From an uncultured Thermoleophilia bacterium (lineage in GTDB: Bacteria; Actinomycetota; Thermoleophilia; Gaiellales; Gaiellaceae): a DNA stretch of 64,000 bases. Shown here one piece after another: positions 1 to 8,296 of this stretch. Made by a program: the position numbers and the translations under genes. The stretch spans positions 234,290 to 298,289 of the forward strand of contig CAVWIN010000003.1 of assembly GCA_963755085.1 (NCBI GenBank), written 5' to 3'. Each line of letters starts with the position of its first letter. Within the stretch, counting starts at the first letter, position 1. The notes beneath the pieces are model-generated. The model saw only the letters and a list, made by a program, of their open reading frames with translations, had not been told where the DNA came from and did no database searches.

Positions 1-1
1 T

Positions 2-1507
2 GCCGCGTGCTGGGTCAACTCGATGCTGGAGCCGTTTTCGGCGCAGGGGCCCACGCTCGACGGCCGGATCAAGCCCGACTTGACTGCGCCGGACGGCGTG
101 TCGACGGCCACCTACGGGCCGTCGGCCGGCTGCGCCAACCTCGGCGCCGGCTTCTTCGGAACGTCTGCCGCCGCCCCGGAGGTGGCGGGCGCCGCGGCGC
201 TCGTGAGGCAGGCGAACCCGTCGTTCGGGCCGAGCGAGCTCCAGCTCGCGCTCGAGAACGCCGCCATCGACGTCGGGACGACGGGCAAGGACCCGTTCTT
301 CGGCAGCGGCATCCTGCAGCTCGGCGCCACGCCGCCCGTGCCGGATGCGCCGCCGGCGCCGCTCGGGCCGCCGGTCGTGTCGGGGAAGGCGCAGCAGGGG
401 CTCGAGCTCACGGCGTCGACCGGCTCCTGGACCGGCCCGCCCGTCTTCTACGGCTATCAGTGGCAGCGCTGCACGCCCGCCTGCGCCGACATCGCCGGCG
501 CGCTCTCCGCGACGTACACGCCGGTCGCCGCCGACGTCGGCGCGACGCTCCAGGTCGTCGTCACCGCCTACACCAGCGGCGGACCGGTGTCGCAGACGTC
601 GGCGCCGACGAGCGCCGTACTGCCGACTGGCCCGGTCAACACGACGCCGCCCGTGCTCAGCGGCAACGCTGCGCCCGGGTTCTCGCTGACCACGTCGCTC
701 GGCAGCTGGACCGGCACGAGCCTCACCTACGCGGTCGACTGGCGCCGCTGCGACGCGTCCGGGAACGCGTGTGTGTCGACGGGCGCGAGCGGGACGACCT
801 ACGCGGTCGCCCGCGCGGACACCGGGTCGCGCATCCGCGCATTCGTGACCGCGTCGAACGCGGAGGGTTCGACGACGGCCGCGACCGCCCCCTCCAGCGT
901 CGTGCCGCCGGCGGCGCCGTCGAATCAGGCCCCGCCGGAGCTCACGGGAAACGCAAAGGCCGGCTCGACGCTCACGTCGTCCACCGGCAACTGGTCGGGC
1001 GCCTCGTCCTACGCGTTTCGCTGGTGGCGCTGTGTCGGCACGACCTGCGCGTTCGTCGCGAGCGCGACCGGCGCGACCCTCACACTCGGCAGTTACGACG
1101 TCGGCGCGACGTTCCGCGCCGTCGTCACGGCGTCCGGCCCCGGCGGCTCGACAACGGCGAGCTCGGTGCCGACCCACCCGGTCGCCGCCGCCACGCTCGC
1201 GCAGAAGCTCGCCCTGCGGGCCGGCTCGCCCGCACTGTCGCGCCGGCCGGTGGGCGGCGGGATCTTCACCGCACGCATCGCGGTCGCCCGCACCGACGGC
1301 CGTGCCGTCACCGGCGCCACGGTGCGGTGCGGCGCGAGGGTCGGCCGCTCGCTGCTGCACGTGCGCGGGCAGTCCTTCGCGAAGGGCTCCGCCACCTGCA
1401 CCTGGACGCTGCCACGCTGGACGAGCGGGCGGCGCATCGCCGGCACCGTGCGCGTGACGGCGAAGGGCCTGCAGGTCGCGCGCGGCTTCTCGGCGAAGAT
1501 CCGCTAG
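2..1507 (+). CDS. S8 (subtilisin-like) serine peptidase, 5'-truncated by window edge, with tandem Ig-like repeats
   Basis: The frame is open from nt 2. It has an FSAQGPTLDGRIKPDLTAPDG motif and the catalytic-Ser motif GTSAAAPEVAG. Three repeats of about 85 aa and a C-terminal domain follow, with the stop at 1505-1507. Confidence 0.8.
   Translation, partial: AACWVNSMLEPFSAQGPTLDGRIKPDLTAPDGVSTATYGPSAGCANLGAGFFGTSAAAPEVAGAAALVRQANPSFGPSELQLALENAAIDVGTTGKDPFFGSGILQLGATPPVPDAPPAPLGPPVVSGKAQQGLELTASTGSWTGPPVFYGYQWQRCTPACADIAGALSATYTPVAADVGATLQVVVTAYTSGGPVSQTSAPTSAVLPTGPVNTTPPVLSGNAAPGFSLTTSLGSWTGTSLTYAVDWRRCDASGNACVSTGASGTTYAVARADTGSRIRAFVTASNAEGSTTAATAPSSVVPPAAPSNQAPPELTGNAKAGSTLTSSTGNWSGASSYAFRWWRCVGTTCAFVASATGATLTLGSYDVGATFRAVVTASGPGGSTTASSVPTHPVAAATLAQKLALRAGSPALSRRPVGGGIFTARIAVARTDGRAVTGATVRCGARVGRSLLHVRGQSFAKGSATCTWTLPRWTSGRRIAGTVRVTAKGLQVARGFSAKIR
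368..1180 (+). repeat. three tandem ~85-aa domain repeats inside the peptidase gene
   Basis: The pattern G..L.....G.W.G......Y.W.RC.....C..I.GA...TY....D.G...R..VTA occurs three times in the translated frame. Confidence 0.6.
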
Positions 1508-2274
1508 CCGGCGGCCTCGGCGTTCCGCAGCCCGCGGAACGCCCAGGCGCAGAACGCTGCTCCGAGCAGAAGGGCCAACCCGAACGTCGTGCCGGCGGGC
1601 GCCGGCTGGCCGGCGATGAGGTCCCTCCCGGTCTCCAGCAGCTGCGTGACCGGGTTCACCCTCGCGACGGTGTGCAGCCAGCCGTGGAGGAGCGAGAGCG
1701 GGACGTACACCGGCGCGAGGAAGAGGATCAGGAAGACCGGCAGCTGCATGACCGGCCCTGCCTGCAGCGAGCGGAAGCGCATCGCGATGCCGCACGCCCA
1801 GAACAGTGCGGTGATGTTGACCAGAAGCGCGAGGGTGTAGAGCCGGATCACGTCGACCGGGCCGCCGATGATGTTCATGCGCGCGACCAGAGCGACAACC
1901 GTGAGCAGGGTCGCGGTCATCGCCCACCGCCCGACGGCGGCGAGGCCGTACCCGACGACGATGGCGCTGCGGTGCGGGACGGCGATGAAGAGCCGGCGCG
2001 TGAACCCGTACTCGAAGTCCGAGGCGATCCCGAATCCGGTGAAGACGCCGCCGAAAGCCGCCGACTGGAGGAGAACGAACACGAACTGGAACGCCGTGTA
2101 CCCGGGCGCGAAGTTGAATCCGGGGACGGTGTGGACGCGAGAGAGGCCGCCGGCGAACGCCGTGAAGAAGAAGAGCGGGAAGATCAGCGAGGGCAGGAGC
2201 AGGGCCGGGTTGCGCAGGATCTTCCAGATCACGCGCCAGGCGAGGCCGAACGCTCCGGAGAGGTACTGGCTCAC
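1504..2274 (-). CDS. ABC-2 type transporter permease
   Basis: This is a 256-aa polytopic membrane protein. It overlaps the upstream permease gene by 4 nt and is the last gene of an ATPase-permease-permease operon. Confidence 0.8.
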   Translation of the reverse strand: MSQYLSGAFGLAWRVIWKILRNPALLLPSLIFPLFFFTAFAGGLSRVHTVPGFNFAPGYTAFQFVFVLLQSAAFGGVFTGFGIASDFEYGFTRRLFIAVPHRSAIVVGYGLAAVGRWAMTATLLTVVALVARMNIIGGPVDVIRLYTLALLVNITALFWACGIAMRFRSLQAGPVMQLPVFLILFLAPVYVPLSLLHGWLHTVARVNPVTQLLETGRDLIAGQPAPAGTTFGLALLLGAAFCAWAFRGLRNAEAAG

Positions 2275-3053
2275 GTGCGGGTCATCCTCCGCTTCAGCGA
2301 GAGCGACGACAGCGTGATCGCGATGATCGCAAACGCGGTCGCGACGCCGAACGCGAGCCCGAGCGCCTCGAAGTTCCAGCCCTGGATGACCAGGCTGCGG
2401 AAGCCCTCGATCAGGTACGAGACCGGGTTGATCGTCGCCGCGATCCGGAACCAGGTGTGGCCGAGCAGGTTGCGCGGCATGTTCATCGACGAGATGAACA
2501 GAAAGACGAAGAAGATCGGGAACGTCGCCTGCGTCGCCTCGCCGGAACCGGTCTGCAGCGCGACGAACGACCCGAAGGCGCCGAAGCCGAGACAGACGAG
2601 CGCGGCGAGGAGGAGGATCACGAGCCCGCCGCCGATGCCGGCGTGGATCCCGACGCCGATCCCGAGGCCGACCACGAGGTAGAAGGCCGTCTGGAAGATC
2701 CCCTGCGCGACGACGCCGGCGAGGTGCCCGGCGATGACGGCCGAGCCGCGCATCGGCGTCAGCGCAAGGCGGTTCAGGAAGCCGGTCTGGATGTCGCGGG
2801 CGAGGTCGGCGCCGCCGTTCAGCGTCGCGAACAGCGCGCCCTGGATGAACGGGACGGCGAGCGCGAAGGCGACGAACGACTTCGTCGGAAACCCGGGCAG
2901 GCGCGTCGCCGCGTGCAGACCGCCGGAGTTGACGGCGAGGAGCGCCAGCGGGAAGAGCAGCGGCGGGATGACGTGCGCCGGCTGGCGCGCCTGCCGCACG
3001 ATCGAGCGCCAGGCGAGGCTCCTGGCCTGGTTGACGGTTGGGCTCGTGATCAC
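2271..3053 (-). CDS. ABC-2 type transporter permease (second subunit)
   Basis: The membrane-protein sequence starts VITSPTVNQARSLAWRS. The GTG at 3053 overlaps the ATPase stop (GTGA). The extra N-terminal 143 aa in the ORF track are Arg/Gly-rich alternative-frame read-through. Confidence 0.75.
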   Translation of the reverse strand: MITSPTVNQARSLAWRSIVRQARQPAHVIPPLLFPLALLAVNSGGLHAATRLPGFPTKSFVAFALAVPFIQGALFATLNGGADLARDIQTGFLNRLALTPMRGSAVIAGHLAGVVAQGIFQTAFYLVVGLGIGVGIHAGIGGGLVILLLAALVCLGFGAFGSFVALQTGSGEATQATFPIFFVFLFISSMNMPRNLLGHTWFRIAATINPVSYLIEGFRSLVIQGWNFEALGLAFGVATAFAIIAITLSSLSLKRRMTRT

Positions 3054-4012
3054 GAGGGGTGGTCGCCGTTGCCGGCGCCCTCGAGTAGCCGCCCCGTCTT
3101 CGCGAGGAACACGTCGTCGAGCGTCGGGGCGTGGAGCATGAGCTCCTCCACCTCGACGCCGGCCGAGTCCAGGCCGCGTACCACGTCGGTGAGCCCGAGC
3201 CCGTCCTGGAGGCGGACGGCGACGCCGCGAGCGGACGCGATCGGCTCGCCGAAGCGACGCAGGACGTCGAGCACCTGCTGTTCGTGGTGCCGCTCGTGCG
3301 GAACCGCCTCGACGCTCGGCCTGCCGATGGTGGCCTTCAGCTCGGCCGGCGTGCCCTCGGCGACGATCGTGCCCTTGTCGATGATCCCGACCCGATTCGC
3401 GAGGACGTCCGCCTCTTCGAGGTACTGGGTGGTGAGGAAGACGGTCACGCCGTCGTTGCGAGCGAGCCTGGCGACCTCCTCCCATAGCGCGCTCCGGCTC
3501 TGCACGTCGAGCCCCGTGGTCGGCTCGTCGAGAAACAGGATCCGCGGCCGGTGCACGAGCGCGAGCGCCAGGTCGAGGCGCCGCTTCATGCCGCCCGAGT
3601 AGGTGCGCACTTTGCGATCGGCGGCCTCGGTGAGGCCGACGCGGTCGAGCAGCTCGGCGCTGCGCGTCTGGCGCTCGGGCCCGCGGATGTTGTGCAGCGC
3701 CATCTGGAGGCGCAGGTGCTCGCGGCCGGTGAGCAGGGGGTCGAGCGCGGCCTCCTGGAGCGCGGCGCCGATCACCCTCCGCACCTTCGGCCCTTCGTGG
3801 CGGACGTCGAACCCGCCGACGCGCGCCGTCCCGGCCGAGGGCGGCAGCAGCGTCGTCAGCATGTGCACCGTCGTCGACTTGCCGGCGCCGTTCGGGCCGA
3901 GGAACCCGTAGATCTCGCCGGCATCGACCTGCAGGTCGATGCCCCTGACTGCGTGCACGTCCTTGAACGTGCGCTCCAGCTGCTCGACCTCGATTGCTGC
4001 TCCCCCCGGCAT
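3050..4012 (-). CDS. ABC transporter ATP-binding protein (DrrA-like exporter type)
   Basis: Walker A GPNGAGKST, signature YSGGMKRRL and Walker B ILFLDEPTTGLD are all present. Confidence 0.9.
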   Translation of the reverse strand: MPGGAAIEVEQLERTFKDVHAVRGIDLQVDAGEIYGFLGPNGAGKSTTVHMLTTLLPPSAGTARVGGFDVRHEGPKVRRVIGAALQEAALDPLLTGREHLRLQMALHNIRGPERQTRSAELLDRVGLTEAADRKVRTYSGGMKRRLDLALALVHRPRILFLDEPTTGLDVQSRSALWEEVARLARNDGVTVFLTTQYLEEADVLANRVGIIDKGTIVAEGTPAELKATIGRPSVEAVPHERHHEQQVLDVLRRFGEPIASARGVAVRLQDGLGLTDVVRGLDSAGVEVEELMLHAPTLDDVFLAKTGRLLEGAGNGDHPS

Positions 4013-4059
4013 CCGTTTCCAGCCTAGCGAGGCGCGTTCGGGGCGCTTAGGCTGGGCGG

Positions 4060-4470
4060 GTGCGCGGGTTGGTCTTGGTCGGGATGGCGGCGCTGGTCTT
4101 CGCGGCGCCCGCGCCTGCGCTGAGCACGAAGACCTTCCGCACCCCGTCGAAGAACATCGCCTGCGCCTTCTACCCGGCCTCGATCACCGGCAGGGCGGTA
4201 TTCCGGTGCGACCTCCTGAGCGGGCTGAAGCCCAGGCCAACTCGGCATTGCGACGTCGACTGGACCGGCGCGTCGATGGGCCCGCGCGGCAAGGCCGGGC
4301 CAACCTGCGCCGGCGACACCGTGTACGACCCGCACGCACCTGTGCTGGCCTACGGACGGACGTGGTCGTACGGCGGCGTCAGCTGCACGTCCCGGGCAAC
4401 AGGGCTGACGTGCAGGAACCGCGACCGGCACGGGTTCTTCCTCTCGCGCCAGAGCTGGCGGGTCTTCTAG
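4060..4470 (+). CDS. secreted Cys-containing hypothetical protein
   Basis: It has the signal peptide MRGLVLVGMAALVFAAPAPA, a GC3-rich frame and several Cys residues. Confidence 0.55.
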   Translation: MRGLVLVGMAALVFAAPAPALSTKTFRTPSKNIACAFYPASITGRAVFRCDLLSGLKPRPTRHCDVDWTGASMGPRGKAGPTCAGDTVYDPHAPVLAYGRTWSYGGVSCTSRATGLTCRNRDRHGFFLSRQSWRVF

Positions 4471-4521
4471 AGCTGGATCGCGTAGCGCAGCGCCGGCGGG
4501 CGCGGCGGGTGGTCAGGTCGG

Positions 4522-5076
<555 letters not shown>

Positions 5077-5099
5077 TCTAGTTGTCCGCTAGGACAACG

Positions 5100-5486
5100 C
5101 TAACCGGCCGCCGCCGCGACTTCCACCGACGGCACGTCGCCCCAGAGATCCTCGAGCCGGTAGTAGGCGCGGGTCTCCGGCGTGAAGACGTGCAGCACGA
5201 CGTCGAGGTAGTCGGCGATGACCCAGGTACCCTGGCTCTGCCCGTCGACGGAGCGCGCGAGCAGCCCGTCGTCGCCCTTCAGCCGCTCGCGCACCTCGTT
5301 GTAGATCGCGGTGGTCTGGCGCGCGTTGCGCCCGCTGCAGACGACGAAGAAGTCGGTGTAGATCGCGACCGGCCGCATGTCGAGGATCACGACGTCCTCG
5401 GCGAGCTTCTCGCGGGCCAGGCCGGCGATGCGCTGTGCGAGCTCGAGCGGGGTCAGAGGCTGTGGGTGGCTTTCTGGGTGACCCAT
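5100..5486 (-). CDS. rsfS: ribosome silencing factor RsfS (iojap)
   Basis: The 128-aa product contains DVVILDMRPVAIYTDFFVVCSGRNARQ and WVIADYLDVVLHVF, typical of RsfS. It lies directly downstream of nadD. Confidence 0.9.
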   Translation of the reverse strand: MGHPESHPQPLTPLELAQRIAGLAREKLAEDVVILDMRPVAIYTDFFVVCSGRNARQTTAIYNEVRERLKGDDGLLARSVDGQSQGTWVIADYLDVVLHVFTPETRAYYRLEDLWGDVPSVEVAAAAG

Positions 5487-6083
5487 TCAGTGTACCCCCG
5501 GCTCCCGGTAAAGCCCGAGCGCGACGATGAGCTGCTCGACTCCGCGCGGGACGAGCCAGTCGATCGGCAGGCCGGCTGCGACGCGCTCGCGCACCTCGGT
5601 GGAGGACACGGGGATCGGCGGGATCTCGAAGAACTCGACGCGCTCGGGCTGCTCCACCGCGGCGAGCACCTGATCGAGCGAGCGCACGTCGAAGCCCGGG
5701 CGCGTCGCAACGCCCAGGCGCGCGGACCGCAGCACCGCGTTCGGCTCGCGCCAGGTTAGGAAATCGGCGAAGCGGTCGGCGCCGACGATGAACAGAGGCT
5801 CGCCCCACTGGTCGTGCACCCAGCGCACCGTCTCGAAGGAGTACGCGGGCTGTGGCCGGTCGACGTCGATCCGCGACACTTCGGCCCCGGGCACGTCGGC
5901 GAACGCCGCCTCGGCGAGACGGACGCGCACCTCCGGATCGGACGCGATCTCCTTGCCGGGCGTTTGCCCTGTCGGCGCGACGAGCAGCCGCTCGAGCTCG
6001 AAGTGCCGCAGCGCGGCGCGTCCGAGGGCGACGTGCCCCACGTGCGGCGGGTCGAACGTCCCGCCGAGCAGGCCGATCGTCAC
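5487..6083 (-). CDS. nadD: nicotinate-nucleotide adenylyltransferase
   Basis: It has the GGTFDPPHVGH motif, and the obg-nadD-rsfS synteny is conserved. Confidence 0.9.
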   Translation of the reverse strand: MTIGLLGGTFDPPHVGHVALGRAALRHFELERLLVAPTGQTPGKEIASDPEVRVRLAEAAFADVPGAEVSRIDVDRPQPAYSFETVRWVHDQWGEPLFIVGADRFADFLTWREPNAVLRSARLGVATRPGFDVRSLDQVLAAVEQPERVEFFEIPPIPVSSTEVRERVAAGLPIDWLVPRGVEQLIVALGLYREPGVH

Positions 6084-7267
6084 GAGAGCTCCAGGGTCTC
6101 GTCGCCGACCACGACCTCGTCACCCGACTTCGCCCCGGCCGCGCGTAGCGCGCGTTCCAGCTCCTCCTCGTCGGCGGGCGGCCGCCCCGCGACGCGGTAG
6201 CCGCGGTCGGTGCGGAGCACGCGGTACGAGCGGCGCTTCGGCTGCGGCCGGTACACGAGGTAGTCGGCCATGCCCTCGGCGGCCGGCGCCGGCGGCTCGG
6301 CGGGCGGCACCAGCTCGAACAGCGCGCGCCGGAACTCCTCGATACCCGCGCCCGTCGCGCACGAGAGGGCGAACACGCGCTGGATCCGGTCGTCCTCCAC
6401 CCCGAACGCGGGCGGCTCCGGGAAGAGGTCGATCTTGTTCAGCACGACGATCTGCGGCCGCTCGTCCAGGCCCGCGCCGTACTCGTGCAACTCCGCGTCG
6501 ATCGTTCGCCACGCCGCGTCGACATCTTCCGACGAATCGATCACGTGCACCAGGGCGCGCGCCCGCTCCAGGTGGGCGAGGAACTCGTGCCCGAGCCCGA
6601 TCCCCTCGCTCGCCCCCTCGATCAGCCCCGGCACGTCGGCGACCACCAACTGCCGCCCATCCGAAGAATCGACCGTCCCGAGCACGGGCTGCAACGTCGT
6701 GAACGGGTAGTCCGCGACCTTCGGCCGTGCGTTCGAGATCCGCGAGAGCAGCGACGACTTGCCCGCGTTCGGGAGCCCGACGAGCGCGGCGTCGGCGAGC
6801 AGCTTCAGGCGCAGCTCGAGCTCCTGCTCCCCGCCCGGCAGGCCGGTCTCGGCGAAGCGCGGCGTCTGCCGCACGGCGGTCGCGAAGTGGCGGTTGCCGC
6901 GCCCGCCCGTGCCGCCTTCGGCCACGGTGACGCGGGCGGGCGCGTGCGCGAGGTCGGCGATCAGGTGCCCGTCGGCGTCGAACACCTGCGTGCCGACCGG
7001 GACGTTGAGCTCGACGTCGGCGCCGTCGGCGCCGTGCTTGCCCGCGCCGCGTCCCGCCTCGCCGCTGCGCGCGCGGAAGCGCGCCTTCGAGCGGAACCAC
7101 GACAGGTCGCGCCGGTCCGGGTCGGCGACCAGGACCACGTCGCCGCCGCGGCCGCCGTCGCCGCCGTCCGGGCCGCCACGCGGCACGAACTTCTCCCGGC
7201 GGAAGCTGACCGCGCCGTCGCCGCCGCGGCCCGCCTCGACCTCGATGCGGGCGCGGTCTGCCAGCAC
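6080..7267 (-). CDS. obg: GTPase Obg/CgtA
   Basis: It has a Gly-rich Obg fold (GGDGGRGGDV) and the G1 motif GLPNAGKSSLL. The start is GTG at 7267. Confidence 0.95.
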   Translation of the reverse strand: MLADRARIEVEAGRGGDGAVSFRREKFVPRGGPDGGDGGRGGDVVLVADPDRRDLSWFRSKARFRARSGEAGRGAGKHGADGADVELNVPVGTQVFDADGHLIADLAHAPARVTVAEGGTGGRGNRHFATAVRQTPRFAETGLPGGEQELELRLKLLADAALVGLPNAGKSSLLSRISNARPKVADYPFTTLQPVLGTVDSSDGRQLVVADVPGLIEGASEGIGLGHEFLAHLERARALVHVIDSSEDVDAAWRTIDAELHEYGAGLDERPQIVVLNKIDLFPEPPAFGVEDDRIQRVFALSCATGAGIEEFRRALFELVPPAEPPAPAAEGMADYLVYRPQPKRRSYRVLRTDRGYRVAGRPPADEEELERALRAAGAKSGDEVVVGDETLELS

Positions 7268-7275
7268 GGGGTCTA

Positions 7276-7438
7276 GGAGGCTTTGGCGGAAATCCGCTCG
7301 TCCGGCGGCACGCGATGCTCGTTCCGAGGCTAGGACGCAGGGAGCCTAGATAGCACCGCTATCTAGGCGACCGAGGACGACGCATCGGGGCGAGCAGCGC
7401 CTGCCGACGGGCACAGACTGATTTCTGCCAAAGCCTCC
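7276..7438 (-). mobile_element. 163-bp MITE-like element (copy 1) between rpmA stop and obg start
   Basis: The 19-bp terminal inverted repeats GGAGGCTTTGGCGGAAATC (7276-7294) and GATTTCTGCCAAAGCCTCC (7420-7438) match at 18/19 positions. CTA flanks both ends (7273-7275 and 7439-7441). An internal perfect 10-bp hairpin lies at 7344-7368. A second copy of the core is at 11142-11325. Confidence 0.5.
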
Positions 7439-7696
7439 CTAGTCCGTCTGCTCGGCGATCACGACGTAGCGGCGCTCACCGCGCGTCGTGAACGACACCG
7501 TGCCCTCGCGCTTGGCGAAGATCGTGTCGTCCTTGCCGATGCCCGTGCCGGGGCCCGGGCGGAACCGCGTGCCGCGCTGGCGCACGATGATCGCGCCGGC
7601 CTTCACCGGCTCGCCGCCGAAGACCTTGACGCCGAGGCGCTGCGCGTTCGAGTCGCGACCGTTCTTCGACGAGCCGAGGCCCTTCTTGTGTGCCAT
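7439..7696 (-). CDS. rpmA: 50S ribosomal protein L27
   Basis: [24 protein letters not shown] is the canonical L27 N-terminus. Confidence 0.95.
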   Translation of the reverse strand: MAHKKGLGSSKNGRDSNAQRLGVKVFGGEPVKAGAIIVRQRGTRFRPGPGTGIGKDDTIFAKREGTVSFTTRGERRYVVIAEQTD

Positions 7697-8239
7697 CTAG
7701 CTCTCCTCTTCCTTCGCGGCCGCCGACTCCAGCGCGCTGAGCGCGCCCTTGCGTGCGGCGTGCCCCTGCTCGTACTCGAGCGCCGCCTGGATCTGCTCGG
7801 GCGACCAGCTCTTCACGTCGTCGTGGATCTGCGCAACCGTCATGTCCGCGTAGCCGTCCGGGAGGCCGGCAGGCGCCTTCGCCTCGATTGCCTTCGGCAC
7901 GTCCTGCGGCTCGTCCTTCGGCTTCGCTGCGGCCTTGCGGCTGCCCTGGTCCGGTGTCCCGATCGACTGGATCTCGATCTCGGACAGGCGGCTTCGGTAG
8001 CCCGTGTGGCGCTTGTAGCCCGTGCGCTTCTTGTACTTGCCGATCCGGATCTTCGGGCCGAGCGTGTGGCCGACGACGCGGGCCGTCACGGCGGCGCCGT
8101 CGCTGCCGCCGCCGCCGACGAAGAGGACGTCCGGGTTGAAGGTCGCGCTCTCGTCGAAGCGCAGGCGGTCCACAAGGACGCGCTCGCCTTCTGAGACGCG
8201 GTACTGCTTGCCACCGAGTCGGATGATCGCGTACGTCAC
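7697..8239 (-). CDS. rplU: 50S ribosomal protein L21 with ~80-aa C-terminal extension
   Basis: YAIIRLGGKQYRVSEGERV is the L21 core. The GTG at 8239 is preceded by GAGG; the ORF-track TTG at 8254 is an alternative start. Confidence 0.9.
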   Translation of the reverse strand: MTYAIIRLGGKQYRVSEGERVLVDRLRFDESATFNPDVLFVGGGGSDGAAVTARVVGHTLGPKIRIGKYKKRTGYKRHTGYRSRLSEIEIQSIGTPDQGSRKAAAKPKDEPQDVPKAIEAKAPAGLPDGYADMTVAQIHDDVKSWSPEQIQAALEYEQGHAARKGALSALESAAAKEEES

Positions 8240-8296
8240 GGGAACCTCACGCAAAGAACGCGGGCAGGCGCCCGCGAGAGGCGGAGTGTAGCAGGG

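Noticed and set aside
7-2682. An 891-aa ORF and many similar long ORFs in the track, for example 5089-6123, 11179-12936, 13203-14825, 16360-17739, 18169-19533, 20398-21957, 21500-22972, 25328-26821, 26955-28214, 28955-30610, 34323-35930, 38655-40352, 40353-42104, 45011-46729, 47105-49225, 51248-52396, 57646-59229, 59864-61039 and 62990-63862.
   Set aside because: These sequences are Arg/Pro/Gly/Ala-rich and low in complexity. They lie in alternative frames or antisense to genes with clear conserved motifs. Such open frames are expected by chance at about 70% GC.
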